Below, piece after piece: positions 1 through 14,101 of a stretch of DNA of 64,000 nucleotides. The translations under genes were made by a program, and so were the position numbers. The stretch is from Paecilomyces variotii. Its lineage: Eukaryota. The stretch lies in assembly GCA_004022145.1 (NCBI GenBank), contig RCNU01000002.1, one strand, 5' to 3'. Below the pieces are notes generated by a model. It was not told the DNA's origin and did not search any database. It saw only the letters and a program-made list of their open reading frames with translations. Positions within the stretch are counted from its first letter, which is position 1. Every line of letters begins with the position of its first letter.

Positions 1-3000
1 ATCAATTCCCAAGCGACTGGCTTCACGTTGAGAATGTCGATGGCGAGTGGGCGGCTCTGAATGAGCTTCTTGCACGCAAGAGTAAGATTGTCCAGGATCA
101 AACAGAGGGTCTGCGCGCCAAGATCATCGCCGAAGACAAGGTGATTGGCGATAAGATCACCGAAGCTATCGCGCAGTGGAACGATGAGAAACCAGTCTCA
201 GGAACAATACCTCCCGAGGAAGCGTCTCGGACCCTTAGCTCGTTCCAATCACGCTTGGAGGGGCTTCAGTCTGAATTCGAGATGGTGTCGAAGGCCAAGG
301 AGGCCCTTGATATTCCGGCTAGTGCAGAATCCGCACTGCCGGCTATATTGGAAGAAGTCCAGGATTTCATGTCTGTCTGGGCAGCCCTATCAACGATATG
401 GAAGAGTCTGAACGAACTTCGAGACATGCTCTGGACCAGTGTCCAGCCAAGGAAACTTCGTCAATCCCTCGATGGCTTGATCAAGATGACGAAAGAAATG
501 CCCAGCAGGATGCGTCAGTATGCCGCGTTCGAGCATATCCAAAACGTTTTGCGACAACTCTTAAAGGTCAACCCCTTGCTCTCTGACATGAAATCGGAAG
601 CGGTAAAAGAGAGACACTGGCAGAAGATCTTCAAAGCTCTGAGACCAGGTAAGAGATTCTCTCCGGTGTCGCTGACGCTTGGAGATGTCTGGGATCTGCA
701 GCTTGTGTCGAGTGAGACAGTCATCCGTGATATCATCGCCCAGGCTCAGGGTGAGATGGCCCTGGAAGAGTTCTTGAAGCAAGTTCGTGAAACCTGGCAG
801 AACTATTCCCTGGACCTTGTCAACTACCAGAATAAGTGCCGTCTTATCCGCGGCTTCGATGATCTATTCGCGAAGTGCAGTGAAAACCTGAACTCTCTTC
901 AGGCAATGAGACACTCGCCTTACTACAAAGAGTTCGAGGAAGAGGCTACTGCTTGGGAAGACAAGTTGAACAGAGTTCACGTTCTCTTCGATGTCTGGAT
1001 CGACGTCCAGCGACAATGGGTGTATCTCGAAGGTGTCTTCACGGGTAACGCTGATATCAAGCATCTCCTTCCTCTGGAATCCGGTCGTTTCCAGAACATT
1101 AACTCTGAATTCTTTGCTGTCATGAAGAAGGTCTACAAGTCTCCATTCGTCTTAGATGTCCTCGCTATCAATGGTGTTCAGAAGTCTTTGGAGAGACTGG
1201 CAGAGCTGCTGAACAAGATTCAAAAGGCTCTTGGTGAATATCTAGAGCGAGAACGTGTCTCTTTCCCTCGCTTCTATTTCGTCGGAGACGAGGACCTGCT
1301 TGAGATTATTGGTAATAGCAATGATACACTTCGCGTGGCCAAGCATTTCAAGAAGATGTTTGCTGGGTTGTCAGGTCTCCTGATGGACGATGATAACAAC
1401 ATCGTTGGCTTCACCTCGAAGGAAGGCGAAGAAGTTAGACTGAAGAAGGAAGTCAACCTTGTCAAGACGCCTAGGATCAACGATTGGCTTACTGCTCTTG
1501 ACAACAATATGAAGTTGACCTTGGCCGAGCTGCTTTCAGAAGCAGTTGAACAATTCGAGTCGATTTACAATGCGGCGGAGATCGATCGAACTGCGTTCAG
1601 TGACTACCTTGCGAACTATCCTGCGCAGATCGTGGTTCTTGCTAGTCAAGCCGTCTGGACAGACTCGGTACAAAAGGCCTTGGAGAACGAAGGCACCGGT
1701 CTTCAGGCATTGTATGACGCAGAGGTCAGGGTTCTAGAATTACTTGCGGCCATCGTTCTTGGAGAGCTCGATCAGATCACCAGGAAGAAGTGCGAACACA
1801 TGATAACGGAGTTCGTTCACCAACGAGATGCCATCTCGAAGCTGATAAAGTTCAACGCTACTAGCCCTACTCACTACTTGTGGTTGCTTCAGATGCGCTA
1901 TGTGTACAAGAATGAGGGTGACTTCTTGCAACGGTTGCATGTACATATGGCAAACGCCAAGCTGGACTACGGATTCGAGTATCTAGGTGTCCCTGAACGC
2001 CTTGTCCGGACTCCTCTGACTGACCGCTGTTTCCTTACTCTTACTCAAGCTCTCTGCCAGAGACTGGGTGGTTCTCCTTACGGCCCAGCAGGTACTGGAA
2101 AGACAGAATCCGTCAAAGCTTTGGGTCTACAACTTGGTCGTTTCACCCTTGTCTTCTGCTGTGATGACACTTTCGACTTCCAGGCCATGGGTCGTATCTT
2201 CCTTGGTATTTGCCAGGTCGGAGCCTGGGGCTGTTTCGATGAGTTCAACCGTCTGGAAGAGAGAATTTTGTCGGCTGTCTCACAGCAAATCCAGAATATC
2301 CAGATTGGACTGAAGAAGGGAAGCGATGACGAGAAAGCCCAAATTGAATTAGTCGGTCGACGCCTGCGAGTCAACCCAAACACCGGTATTTTCATTACGA
2401 TGAATCCCGGATACGCGGGACGATCCAATCTGCCTGATAACCTCAAGAAGCTCTTCCGAAGTGTGGCCATGTCCAAGCCTGACAAAGAGCTTATTGCTGA
2501 GGTCATGCTCTTTTCTCAAGGTTTCAAGCAAGCAAAGCCGTTGTCCAAGCAGACCGTTCCTTTCTTCGATCATTGTTCTTTACAGTTGACGAAACAAGCC
2601 CATTATGACTTCGGTCTGCGAGCGCTAAAGAGTGTCCTCGTCAGTTCCGGTGGCCTGAAACGTGCTCGTCTCGCTAATTCTAATGGCGAACTTGGGCCCG
2701 ATGAGGTGATCGAACCACAGATCATTGTCCAAAGTATACGGGAGACAATCGCACCAAAATTGATTCGCGAGGACGTGGATACGATGTTGAACATCCAGAT
2801 GGAAGACTTTCCCGGTGTGGAGTATGTGCCGGCCAACTACGAGAAGCTCAAGCAGGCTATCCGAGATATCGCTCGAGAGCATCACTATGTCGACAGCGAC
2901 ACGTGGATTACTAAGGTGCTTCAGCTCTACCAAATTCAGAGTATCCACCACGGTGTCATGATGGTCGGCGGGTCTGGAACAGGCAAATCTGCTGCCTGGA

Positions 3001-6000
3001 AAGTCCTCCTTCAGGCACTCCAGCGCGTGGAAAGCGTTGAAGGTGTGTGCCATGTTATCGACTCTAAAGTGATGTCTAAAGAAGCACTTTACGGTAACCT
3101 GGATAGCACGACCAGAGAATGGACGGATGGTCTATTCACGGGAATACTGAGAAAGATCGTTGATAATTTGCGAGGTGAAGACTCTAAGCGACACTGGATC
3201 GTCTTCGACGGAGACGTCGACCCGGAATGGGTTGAAAATCTGAACAGTGTGCTCGATGACAATAAATTATTGACACTGCCTAACGGTGAGCGTCTGAACT
3301 TGCCTCCCAACGTCCGGGTCATGTTTGAGGTCGAGACTTTGAAATATGCTACTTTGGCAACTGTCAGTCGTTGCGGTATGGTTTGGTTCAACGATGATAC
3401 CGTTACCCCGTCGATGATGGTCACGAACTACATCGAGTCCCTCAAGACCAAGACGTTTGAGGACTTGGATGATGATAGCGTTCCTTCCGGACAGGCGTCC
3501 GTTAAGACCCAAGATGCGCAGGAGATGCTCTCCAACTTCCTCAAACAACTCCTCCAGAGCGATGATCTTATTCTGAAAGTCCTGGAGGAGGCGAAGAAGT
3601 ATAATCATATCATGACATTTACCGACATCAGGGCTCTTAATACCTTGTTCAGCTTGCTGAACAAGGCCTGTCGGAATATACTCGAGTATAACATTCAGCA
3701 CGTGGACTTCCCGCTTGACCCTGAACAGATCGAGTCTTACGTTTCCAAGAAGCTTCTCCTTGCGCTTGTGTGGTCTTTGACTGGTGACTGTCCTTTGGGT
3801 GACCGGAAAGCTTTTGGGGAATACGTGACGGCCTTCTCAACTATCGATCCGCCGCCGCTTGGAGAAGTCTCTTCCCTCATCGACTACGATGTCACGCTGC
3901 CAAAGGCTGAGTGGACTACCTGGCAATCCCAGGTTCCCTCCGTCGAGATTAACACGCACTCTATCACTCAAACGGATGTTATCATCCCAACTCTGGACAC
4001 AGTCCGCCATGAGGACGTTCTCTACTCGTGGCTTGCTGAACACAAGCCATTGTTGCTCTGCGGTCCTCCTGGTTCGGGTAAGACCATGACTCTCTTCGCC
4101 GCGCTCCGAAAGCTGCCAAATATGGAAGTTGTCGGTCTCAACTTCTCAAGTGCTACTACACCAGACCTTCTTATCAAGACTTTCGAGCAATACTGTGAAT
4201 ACAGGAAGACACTGAATGGCGTTGTCATGTCACCTAATCAGATAGGACGCTGGTTGGTGATATTCTGCGATGAAATCAACTTGCCCGCACCCGATCGCTA
4301 TGGTACCCAACGTGCGATCTCCTTCCTGAGACAACTGGTCGAGCACAATGGCTTCTGGAGAACGTCGGACAAGACCTGGGTCACCTTAGACCGTATCCAG
4401 TTCGTTGGAGCCTGTAACCCACCAACTGATGCTGGACGTACGCCGCTGGGTGAAAGATTCCTGCGCCATGCGCCCCTGATCATGGTCGATTACCCCGGAG
4501 AAATCTCTCTTACGCAGATCTATGGTACCTTCAACTCGGCGATTCTTAAAATCATTCCTATGCTGCGTGGCTATTCAGACTCTCTCACCAAAGCTATGGT
4601 GCAATTCTATCTGGAGTCCCAATCTCGATTCACTCCGAAGATCCAACCTCACTACGTGTACTCTCCCCGTGAGCTTACAAGATGGGTCAGGGGTGTGTAC
4701 GAAGCGATCAAGCCACTGGAAAATCTCTCTGTCGAAGGGCTGGTCAGGATCTGGGCCCACGAAGCTCTACGCCTTTTCCAAGATCGTCTTGTCGCTGAGG
4801 ACGAACGCAAGTGGACTGAAGATGCCGTGAGACGTATCGCACTCGACAACTTCCCAACCATAGATGAGGAGCAAGCTTTGAAGGGACCAATCCTATTCTC
4901 GAACTGGTTGTCCAAGAACTACGTTCCAGTAGAGCAGGAGCAACTCCGTGACTTTGTCAAGGCCCGTTTGAAGACCTTCTGTGAAGAAGAAGTCGATGTT
5001 CCTTTGGTCCTCTTCAATGACGTGCTGGAGCACGCGCTACGTATCGATCGTGTGTTCAGGCAACCTCAGGGTCACCTTATCCTTATTGGAGTGAGTGGAA
5101 GTGGAAAGACAACCTTGTCCCGATTTGTCGCCTGGATGAATGGCTTGAAAGTGTTCCAAATCAAGGTCCATGGCAAATATTCTGCAGAGGACTTCGATGA
5201 AGACTTGAGAAGCGTCCTTCGTCGTGCAGGATGTAAGGGCGAAAAGATTTGCTTCATCATGGACGAATCCAATGTTCTTGATTCGGGTTTCCTGGAGAGG
5301 ATGAACACGCTGCTTGCCAATGCCGAAGTCCCTGGTCTTTTCGAAGGTGATGAGTTTGCTTCGCTCATGACGGCTTGCAAGGAAGGTGCCCAGAAGCAAG
5401 GTCTGTTGCTTGACTCACAGGAAGAGCTGTACAAATGGTTCACTCAGCAGATCGTTAAAAACCTGCACGTTGTCTTCACGATGAATCCTCCAGAGGATGG
5501 CCTGGGCTCCAAGGCTGCAACCAGTCCTGCGCTGTTCAACAGATGCGTCCTCAACTGGTTTGGCGACTGGTCCGATCAAGCGCTCTACCAAGTGGGCACA
5601 GAGCTTACACAGTCTGTTGACCTGGACAAGCCTAATTTCACTGCACCTGACAGCATACCGGTTGCTTACCGAGATCTCAACCTGCCTGCATCTCACAGAG
5701 AGACTGTTGTCAACTCCATGGTTTACATCCACTACTCTCTGCAGAGATTCAACAAGCGTCTGCAGAAACAACAGGGCAGGGTTACCTTCCTTACTCCACG
5801 CCACTACCTGGATTTCGTTGCTCAATATGTCAAGCTGTTCAATGAAAAGCGCGAGGATCTGGAAGAGCAGCAGAGGCATTTGAACGTCGGTCTGGAGAAG
5901 TTAAGAGACACTGTCGACAAAGTACGAGACCTGCGTGCTAGTCTGGCTCAAAAGAAGGAGCAGCTGGAGAAGAAGGATGCCGAAGCAAATGAGAAATTGC

Positions 6001-9000
6001 AACGCATGGTTGCGGATCAACGAGAGGCCGAACAACGTAAATCAGCCTCTCTTGAGATTCAAGCGGCACTTGAGAAGCAGGAGCAGGAGGTCGCGCTCCG
6101 GAAAGAGGTCGTATTGAACGACCTGGCCAGAGCAGAGCCTGCGGTGCTCGAAGCCCAGAAGAGCGTTAGCAACATCAAACGACAGCATCTCACTGAAGTC
6201 CGTTCCATGGGTAACCCTCCTGCCGGTGTCAGACTGGCATTGGAGGCTGTCTGCACTCTGCTTGGTCATAAGGTGGATAGCTGGAAAACTATTCAAGGAA
6301 TTGTTCGCAAGGACGATTTCATCGCTAGCATTGTGAATTACGACAATGAGCGACAGATGACTCGCAGCCACAGAATCAAGATGCAGAATGAGTACCTCTC
6401 GAAGGAGGAGTTCACTTATGAGCGGGTGAACCGTGCCAGTAAGGCTTGCGGTCCTCTCGTGCAGTGGGTGGAAGCTCAGGTCAACTACTCTGATATTCTT
6501 GACCGCGTCGGACCTCTTCGTGAGGAAGTCAACCAGCTTGAGGAGCAGGCTCTCCAGACCAAGGCGGAAGCTCAGGCCATCGAGAACACTATCCAGGACC
6601 TTGAGAACAGCATCGCAACTTACAAGACTGAATATGCGGCGCTTATCAGCGAGACTCAAGCCATCAAGGCGGAGATGTCTCGGGTCCAATTTAAGGTCGA
6701 CAGGAGTGTACGCTTGCTTGACAGCCTGTCGTCTGAGAGAACTCGTTGGGAAGAGGGAAGTAGATCTTTCGAGACTCAAATCAACACTCTGGTTGGAGAC
6801 GTTCTTATCGCAGCAGCTTTCCTCGCGTATGGTGGTCTCTACGATCAGCAGTTCCGAAAGGCAATGATCGATGACTGGGTTCACCAGCTGGCGCAGTCTG
6901 GCATCAGTTTCAAGCCTCATAACCCGATCACCGAGTATCTTTCGAATGCCGATGAACGCTTGACCTGGCAAGATCACTCTCTGCCGGTCGATGATCTCTG
7001 TACCGAAAATGCCATTATACTCAAGCGTTTCAACCGCTATCCTCTCATCATTGATCCTTCTGGTCGTATCACGGAGTTCCTGCAAAAGGAAAGCAAAGAG
7101 AGGAAGCTCACAGTCACAAGCTTCTTGGATGATTCCTTCGTTAAGCAGCTTGAGAGTGCGCTCCGGTTTGGAAATCCGATCCTTATCCAAGACGCTGAGC
7201 ACCTCGATCCAATTCTCAACCATGTCTTGAACAAGGAGTACCAGAAGACCGGAGGCCGTGTCCTCATCCAGCTTGGAAAGCAGGAGATTGACTTTTCCCC
7301 ATCGTTCAGGCTGTTCTTGTCTACAAGGGACCCGTCTGCTTCTTTCCCTCCTGACGTGTGCAGCAGGACTACCTTTGTCAACTTTACCGTTACCCAGAGC
7401 AGTTTGCAGACACAGTCTCTGAATGAGGTCTTGAAGGTCGAGCGTCCCGATGTCGATGAGCGGCGAACCAACCTTATCAAGATGCAGGGCGAATTCAAGA
7501 TCCATCTTCGCCAGCTTGAGAAGCGCTTGCTGCAGGCGCTGAATGAATCCCGCGGCAATATCCTTGATGACGATAATGTCATTGAAACTCTGGAGACTCT
7601 GAAGAAAGAAGCTGCAGAGATCTCCAAGAAGATGGTCGAAACGGAAGGCGTGATGACAGAGGTTGAGAATATTACACAGCAGTACCAGATCATCGCAAAG
7701 TCCTGCAGTGCAGTATTCGCCGTACTGGAGCAGCTCCACCACATCAACTATTTCTATCAATTCTCTCTTCAGTATTTCGTGGACATCTTCAACTCCGTCC
7801 TTCACGGCAACACACGCCTTGCTCAAGAGAAAGATCATACCGCTCGTGTCCAGATTATTCTACGTGATCTGTTCATCACTGCCTACCAGCGTACCTCTCT
7901 TGGGCTTCTACAGAAAGACCGCATTAGTCTGGCCATGCTCCTTTCCCAGGCTGCTCCTTATCCCATGGACAAGAGTATCATCGATCGGATCCTAGACGAA
8001 AGCGTGGAAGGTGTCGACTTGTCCACAGACAGTGATCTTCGAGACCAAGTTCTGAACAAAGTTTCAAACATGTCTCTATTTAAAGCACACGTTGAGAATA
8101 TCACTCCGGAACAGTGGGATAAATTCTTCACTGAGGAACTTGCGGAGAACTTTGTCCCGCCCGTGTGGGCAGAGAACACCGACGAGCTCAACAAAGAGCT
8201 TCTCTCGCTTCTGCTTGTGAAACTCTGTCGACTGGACCGTTTCGTCCCAACAGCGGAACGTTTCATAGCCGCCGTCTTTGGTCGCGAATTCTTTGAAGGG
8301 AACAGTGACCTCAAGGAGGTGGTCGAGCAAGTCACCGCCACGGCACCTATTGCTCTCAGTTCGAGCCCTGGCTTTGATGCCAGTTACAAGGTTGAGGGTC
8401 TTGTTGAACGTGTGCAAGCCACCTGCGCAAACATTGCCATGGGTTCGAACGAGGGTCTTGAGAGCGCCGACAAAGCCATCAGCAACGCAGCAGCAGCCGG
8501 TACATGGGTACTTGTCAAGAACGTCCACCTCGCACCGTCATGGCTTCAAAGCCTTGAGAAGCGTTTGGACTCGCTCAAGCCTCATAAGGACTTCCGACTC
8601 TTCCTTTCTATGGAGTCCAGCCCGAAGATTCCGGTCAACCTGATCCGGGCCTCGCGCGTGCTGATGTACGAGCAGCCTGCCGGTATCCGAGCCAACATGA
8701 GAGATTCGCTTTCGTCCCTGTCGCTGCGGGCCAGCAAGCCTCCGGTGGAAAAGGCACGTGTGTATCTCCTGCTTTGTTTCTTGCACGCTGTGGTCCAGGA
8801 GCGGCTACGCTACGCACCGAGTCTGGGATGGAAGGGCCTCTGGGAGTTCAATGACAGTGATGTAAGTATTTTCCAAAGGGACTGTCAGAGGTTTTAGCTA
8901 ACTCTTTTGTTACAGTATGAATGCTCTGCATTCATTATCGATGCCTGGGTTGATTCCGTCGCTCAAGGACGTTCCAATGTTGCGCCTCAGAAGCTTCCCT

Positions 9001-9362
9001 GGGATCTTATTCGCACCCTTGTGACCGAGACTTACGGCGGTAAGATCGATGATGCCGGCGACTTCAGCCAGTTGGAGTCCCTGGTTAACAATTTCCTCAC
9101 TGCGGCCGCCTTCGAGGACGACTACAAGCTCGTATCGGGTGTTGAGAATGATGAGAGCCTAACGCTCCCGGGAGGTACTAGCATCCGTGAATTCACGGAA
9201 TGGGTCAACCGACTGCCTGAGCGTGAGCCGCCTACGTACCTGGGGCTGCCAGCCAACGCGGAGAAGCTGCTTCTGGTCAGCCATGGCAAGAAGATGGTGT
9301 CGAATCTGGCCAAGGTGACGAAACTGTTGGATGAGGGAGAACAGCTGATGGTAGACGCATGA
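1..9362 (+). CDS. nudA: Cytoplasmic dynein heavy chain, 5'-truncated by window edge; intron 8862-8915
   Basis: Frame is open from position 3. Four AAA P-loops ([32 protein letters not shown]), [11 protein letters not shown] motif and stalk coiled coil. A GTAAGT...GCTAAC...TACAG intron joins FNDSD to YECSAF; stop TGA at 9360-9362. Confidence 0.98.
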
Positions 9363-10093
9363 TTGGTTGAAGACTGGTTTCGTTTGTACGGCTACGGCCA
9401 GCCATTATTGTTTTTATTTTGTTTTCCGCGGCGTCCTGGCGGTTGGTGTCGGTTGCTTCAATAGATTCCCATCGGAATCAGACAGTTGGACGGCCGGAAC
9501 CCTCCGACATGTTAACTTAAGGATATACCCCAAGTCGCTTGGATGCAGGTCCCCGGTGGCTGTTTCCTGTCCTTTATATTGTTATGATTCCCTTGTACTA
9601 CTGCTGTGACTGCCGTTTTCTGATAGGTTCGGTTATAGTTTCTTTCTGTTCTAAATATTGTTTGTTCTAGTCTAGGTAGATGTGTTATAAGCTAGCGTTT
9701 TCGAATTCCCCGTGGGCGTCCCGGGTCAACTGAATGCAAACTGATTCCATTCCACTGATCTTCAACCCGGCATCAGCTATCCTGACACTGGCCGGCGCGT
9801 CATCTGGTCGTCTCACTTGTCCTCGTCCGCGATAAGGGCGGCCTTGGCGCTGCACGAACCAATCCGCACACGACGATCTTTCATCATGGCCTGCGGAACT
9901 GATTGTGTATGCTTTTTTTGCGCCCGTAATATCGATCAATCCCCCGGAGGGTCTTTTCGCAGGCATCCTCTTCTGTGCCTTCTGCTCCTATATCTCCCCC
10001 GTTGCTTCCCGTATTCCTTTTCCCTTTTCCCTTTTCCCATCCGATGTGTCTGGATTATGCCTGATGCTATCTTTCTTCCTGGATTCCCCCTTG

Positions 10094-10122
10094 AACAACA
10101 ACAACAATAACAACAACAACAA
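10094..10122. repeat. (CAA)n microsatellite
   Basis: aacaacaacaacaataacaacaacaacaa upstream of the GNAT gene. Confidence 0.85.
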
Positions 10123-10169
10123 CCTTCTCGCCGAGGCTCATTGTTCGCCTTGGCACGAATTGCTAGTCC

Positions 10170-11491
10170 ATGGACCGCCCGCGGCTCCATGACGGGCGTC
10201 CCGGTGCTCTCTCCGCCTCTTCTCCGTCCCCCGCAGCTTCGTTATATCAGACCTCCAGCAAGCTTCTGAGAGAGACCAACTTGGGAGACCGTATCCCCGC
10301 GTTCCATATTCCCTTAGGTATCTCCTAGGTTCCTTTCTGTTCTCGGGGTGTTTGGGGAGTATGTAGAAGTAACAGTTCCATATCCAATCACATGGCACGA
10401 CATGGGTCACTTTTCTTTTTGTTGACATAGATCCATCTATCCAAACTATAGATCGGATCACCAACTGAAGCAGCAGATACTGAACACCAAACTGATTTCT
10501 GGGAATTATAGCCTTCCTCTCATCCCTCCGTGCAAATCTCCAGATCTCTTCCCGCGAGGATCTCTACCACTCATCTACTCCTCCCTCCCTCGCCAATACT
10601 CCCGACGCACTCTGCCCGGTCGTGTCGATTCCCAGCCAATCTCTGCCGTCTCCCTCGCCGTTCTTCATTTCAAGAGATACCCCCGACATTCCATCAATAG
10701 AGCCAGGCGCTCGACGTTTCTCTTCTTCTCGTTACTCGATTCAGACTGCCGGGACCGAAGACGAAAAGACAGATGCACTCCGTCTCATTGCGGCCAGCGT
10801 TCTGGAGCAACGCTTCATCGCTATCCGATCTCTCTTTCTGCACCCGGTCGTTCTCTGCCTGGCCCTCCTCGCCCATGCGATCGCTGCCCGATTGCTCTTC
10901 CGAAAACCGTACAATACTGTCTTAGGAGCCTTCGGTTATACGGTGTGCATCCTATCTGCTGTCTTTGCCCTGACATACGTGAGTCGCGAATACGCGTATC
11001 TTGCAACGCAGTCTGAAACACGAGCATGGCTCATACAACCCCACCGAGCACGCCATCCTCCAAGTTCCAACAACAGCAGTAGTAAATCCCTTCCCGAGGA
11101 CGACATTCTTGTCGCAAAGTATGATTCCAGAGTTGTGGGCGCTCTCGTATTCCGCATTGCTCGCACCCGTGCCTTCATGACCGGTACTCCCTCCGCCACT
11201 GGGTTTACACGCGGCCATCGCCGTCGTTCCAGTCACAGCAGCTCGGCACGCCTGACGGGTGTCATCCGTGCATGGACTGTGAAGACCAGCTACCGCCACA
11301 GAGGCATCGGGACGGATCTCCTGCGTCAGGCAGTCGAGATGTGCAGGCGGAGACGGCTCGATGGGCCGGTGTTTGCGGACGATCATGCGTACTCGGTGAG
11401 AGTGTTGCCGCGAATGTTCGGTAGAGCATTTGAAAGGAGAGACACGAGAGCGAGAGACCTGTTGACGGATGTAATTGAAGAGGAGTGCTGA
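10170..11491 (+). CDS. GNAT-family acetyltransferase with two internal hydrophobic segments; probable exons 10170-10290 and 10512-11491
   Basis: Acetyl-CoA motif A (VKTSYRHRGIGTDLL) near the C-terminus. A phase-1 GT..AG intron 10291-10511 joins an upstream ATG exon in frame. The donor GTATCC is weak, so the start is tentative. Confidence 0.7.
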
Positions 11492-11944
11492 GGATATCTC
11501 ACGACCGATCTACTAGAATTTTTAATTTTGATCCGGGGTCCGTTATTGGGTGTCACGAAAGATCTCTCTTCCTGTACGATTCCACTCGTTAGGTAGGATA
11601 TGACAACCTGCCTAGAGATGTAGGGTTGATCAGGGGCGAAGTAGAGGAGTTCGGTGATTATTTCAAGACACGAAACAGTTATTTATATATTTAGTTCCCA
11701 TCCATCGCTCGCAAGATATATATCTCTAAGTATGGGCAGCTATTAACCATTTACTTACCACTTGAGGATAATAAAATATATACTCTCCTAATCTTGCACA
11801 GCAAATAGTCCCTCCTTGACTATAACCATTACTCCGAAAAATAGAGCTCGTAAGCAAGTTAGACCCAAGTTCGTTCCTACTCTCCTACTTCCACTACTTG
11901 CTGCTGTTGTTAAATCACTCGCCCGAATTGAGTGACATCCAAAT

Positions 11945-12057
11945 GGCAAGATGGCCGAGTTGGTCCAAGGCGTCAGGTTAAGGTCTACCTTAATAACAAC
12001 TTTCAATAAGTTCCTGATCTGTGTATGCAGGCGTGGGTTCGAATCCCACTCTTGTCA
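11945..12057 (+). tRNA. tRNA-Leu(AAG), intron 11984-12011
   Basis: Acceptor GGCAAGA/TCTTGTC, A-box TGGCCGAGTTGG, anticodon arm TCAGG-TTAAGG..T-CCTGA, long variable arm, T-loop GGTTCGAATCC, T-run downstream. Confidence 0.95.
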
Positions 12058-13273
12058 AGACTGAATTATTTTTTGGGTCCAGTGGTTCCGTTCACGTAAT
12101 TTTTTTCCTATGTGTGGGGTAGATACTTAGAAGTTCGGACGTGGGGTTTAGTTAGTCGCTAAATAACCAAGAGAGAGCAATTAACTACATATGTGTCTGT
12201 ATATTGCCGGGCGGACTGGAAGTCAAGGTAATAGATATAATGTACGCGAATAGGGATAATTATCGTGTCGCAACAGCTTTTGAAAACACCATGCGATGTT
12301 ATGTGAGTCCTCAGTTAATAGCATTAGATACGAGTTCTGTAGTTAACTTATCGCCACCATACATACTCACTCTAGCTCAGCGGTAGAGACAGGGAGAATT
12401 GGAAAATGGATGTCTGGAGAGATAATGTTCCTATTACATGCTTGTAGACATGTGATACAGGACTCTAGTGCTCCCATGTCCTACTGTTATGTTGACGGGA
12501 TCGATTCCAAAGTAAGGGTTTGGATGGGTATCCTTTAAGACAAGGCGAAGTGCAGCCTAATACAGATGGTATCAGCGCCTGCTCGTCTCACTGTCGGAAC
12601 TGGAAGAAAATCGCTCATGATGAGCCTTGCTGATGGTGGTTGATGGATAATGGGACTTTTCACCAGCAGGACACCGGGCGGAGCATGGCTCAGGGTAAGT
12701 ACATGGCGAGTCGAAACTCGAACCGATATATCTCCTGTTTGAATCCGCCCTGGAAGGTTTCCGTGTTAGCATGCAAGTTTCACGAGAAGAAACTTGTCTG
12801 TTTAGGGATTTTTAGTTAAGATATATGCTTCGAAGGGAGCTCGAGGGGTAGGTAATAGACAGGGAAGATAAGCACATAGAGTCGAGCAAGTCGTTACTTT
12901 TGGATCCCACGCTACTACTTATTAGCGGTTATCAATAGATAAAAATACAGGTTGTCAGGTTATATGTCACCTCTGAATTATGTACGACCATCTTCAGAAT
13001 AGGGCCTTTTCAGTAGTAGTATCTATATGCCATTGCCAATCAATCGATTATCTCTCCGGGTAAGAAAAGAGAGAGAGAATAAGCGACAGTAAGTCGGGAG
13101 AAAAAAGCGAGAATGACATTAATAGCAATTATGCAACCAAGTCCGAAGTCGACAGATCTCAATACTTTATCACTAGTTTATAAATTGCTCTTCTACTAAA
13201 CCCCACCTACCTACCTACAGGATACTTGATGGCATTGATAAAACACAACTTCACCTGCTTACATCAACAAACA

Positions 13274-13388
13274 GGCAAGATGGCCGAGTTGGTCCAAGGC
13301 GTCAGGTTAAGGTTCACCTTAATAATAACTTCTCAGTTAAGTTCCTGATCAGCGTAAGCTGGCGTGGGTTCGAATCCCACTCTTGTCA
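13274..13388 (+). tRNA. tRNA-Leu(AAG), second copy, intron 13313-13342
   Basis: Same body as the 11945 copy but a different intron and variable arm; oligo-T terminator follows. Confidence 0.95.
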
Positions 13389-14101
13389 TAACTTTTTGTT
13401 CTTTTTTTTTTCGAGTTGCCCTTTTTTTTGTTTTTTCTCCTCGGGGGGTTGTGATAACATTTCGTATCCCCCCATTTCTCTTTCAATTTTTTTTCCCCTG
13501 CGAGCTTCTTTGTAGGTATGGTGCTTCGAGGCGGTTCTGTGGTGATTGGTTTATGAGCAGAGAGAGAATACTTATAACAGAAATCATGCCCCATTGATCA
13601 CTACGGGAGATGAGATGGCCATCGACGGCCCTGTACAGATAATGGAAAGCCGTCTGCATCCTACTGCTGCTTATCGAACGTCCATGATCCAGATATTCTC
13701 AAACTTGCCATGTGCCATTGAATAGCTAATCGTATATTCTATTAGCGAGGACCCCATGCAAGGTACTCTCGTATATCCCCAGCGAACGTCAACTGCATAT
13801 TTGGCTTGGTACGATAGTCCAACCTGCAACCAGTTTATAGCCATGCGTAAAATATTTCCATCAAACGGATAAACAGATAAATAAGTAAAAAGGGAAAAAG
13901 AAGGCGAATATTAAACATTCTTAATGATCTCTAGCAGCCCCTCTTTCCCAAAGAGAGATGATTCGGTTTCCCCAACCAGAAAAAAAAAAGAGCGAGTATA
14001 GTGGCTCGTCGGCTCATCAGAAAGGACGCACTCAGAACGCCATCAAGTGTCATTGTGGATCCCTGAAACGAGGGATAATCCACGGTCATCTATTATATCT
14101 T

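Noticed and set aside
6042-7838. 598-aa antisense ORF inside dynein, and many other antisense ORFs within long genes
   Set aside because: Codon-aligned shadow of the biased sense-strand coding sequence; no recognisable motifs.
12572-12772. 66-aa minus-strand ORF between the tRNA-Leu genes
   Set aside because: Short, with no motif and no convincing splice partners; cannot be supported as a gene.
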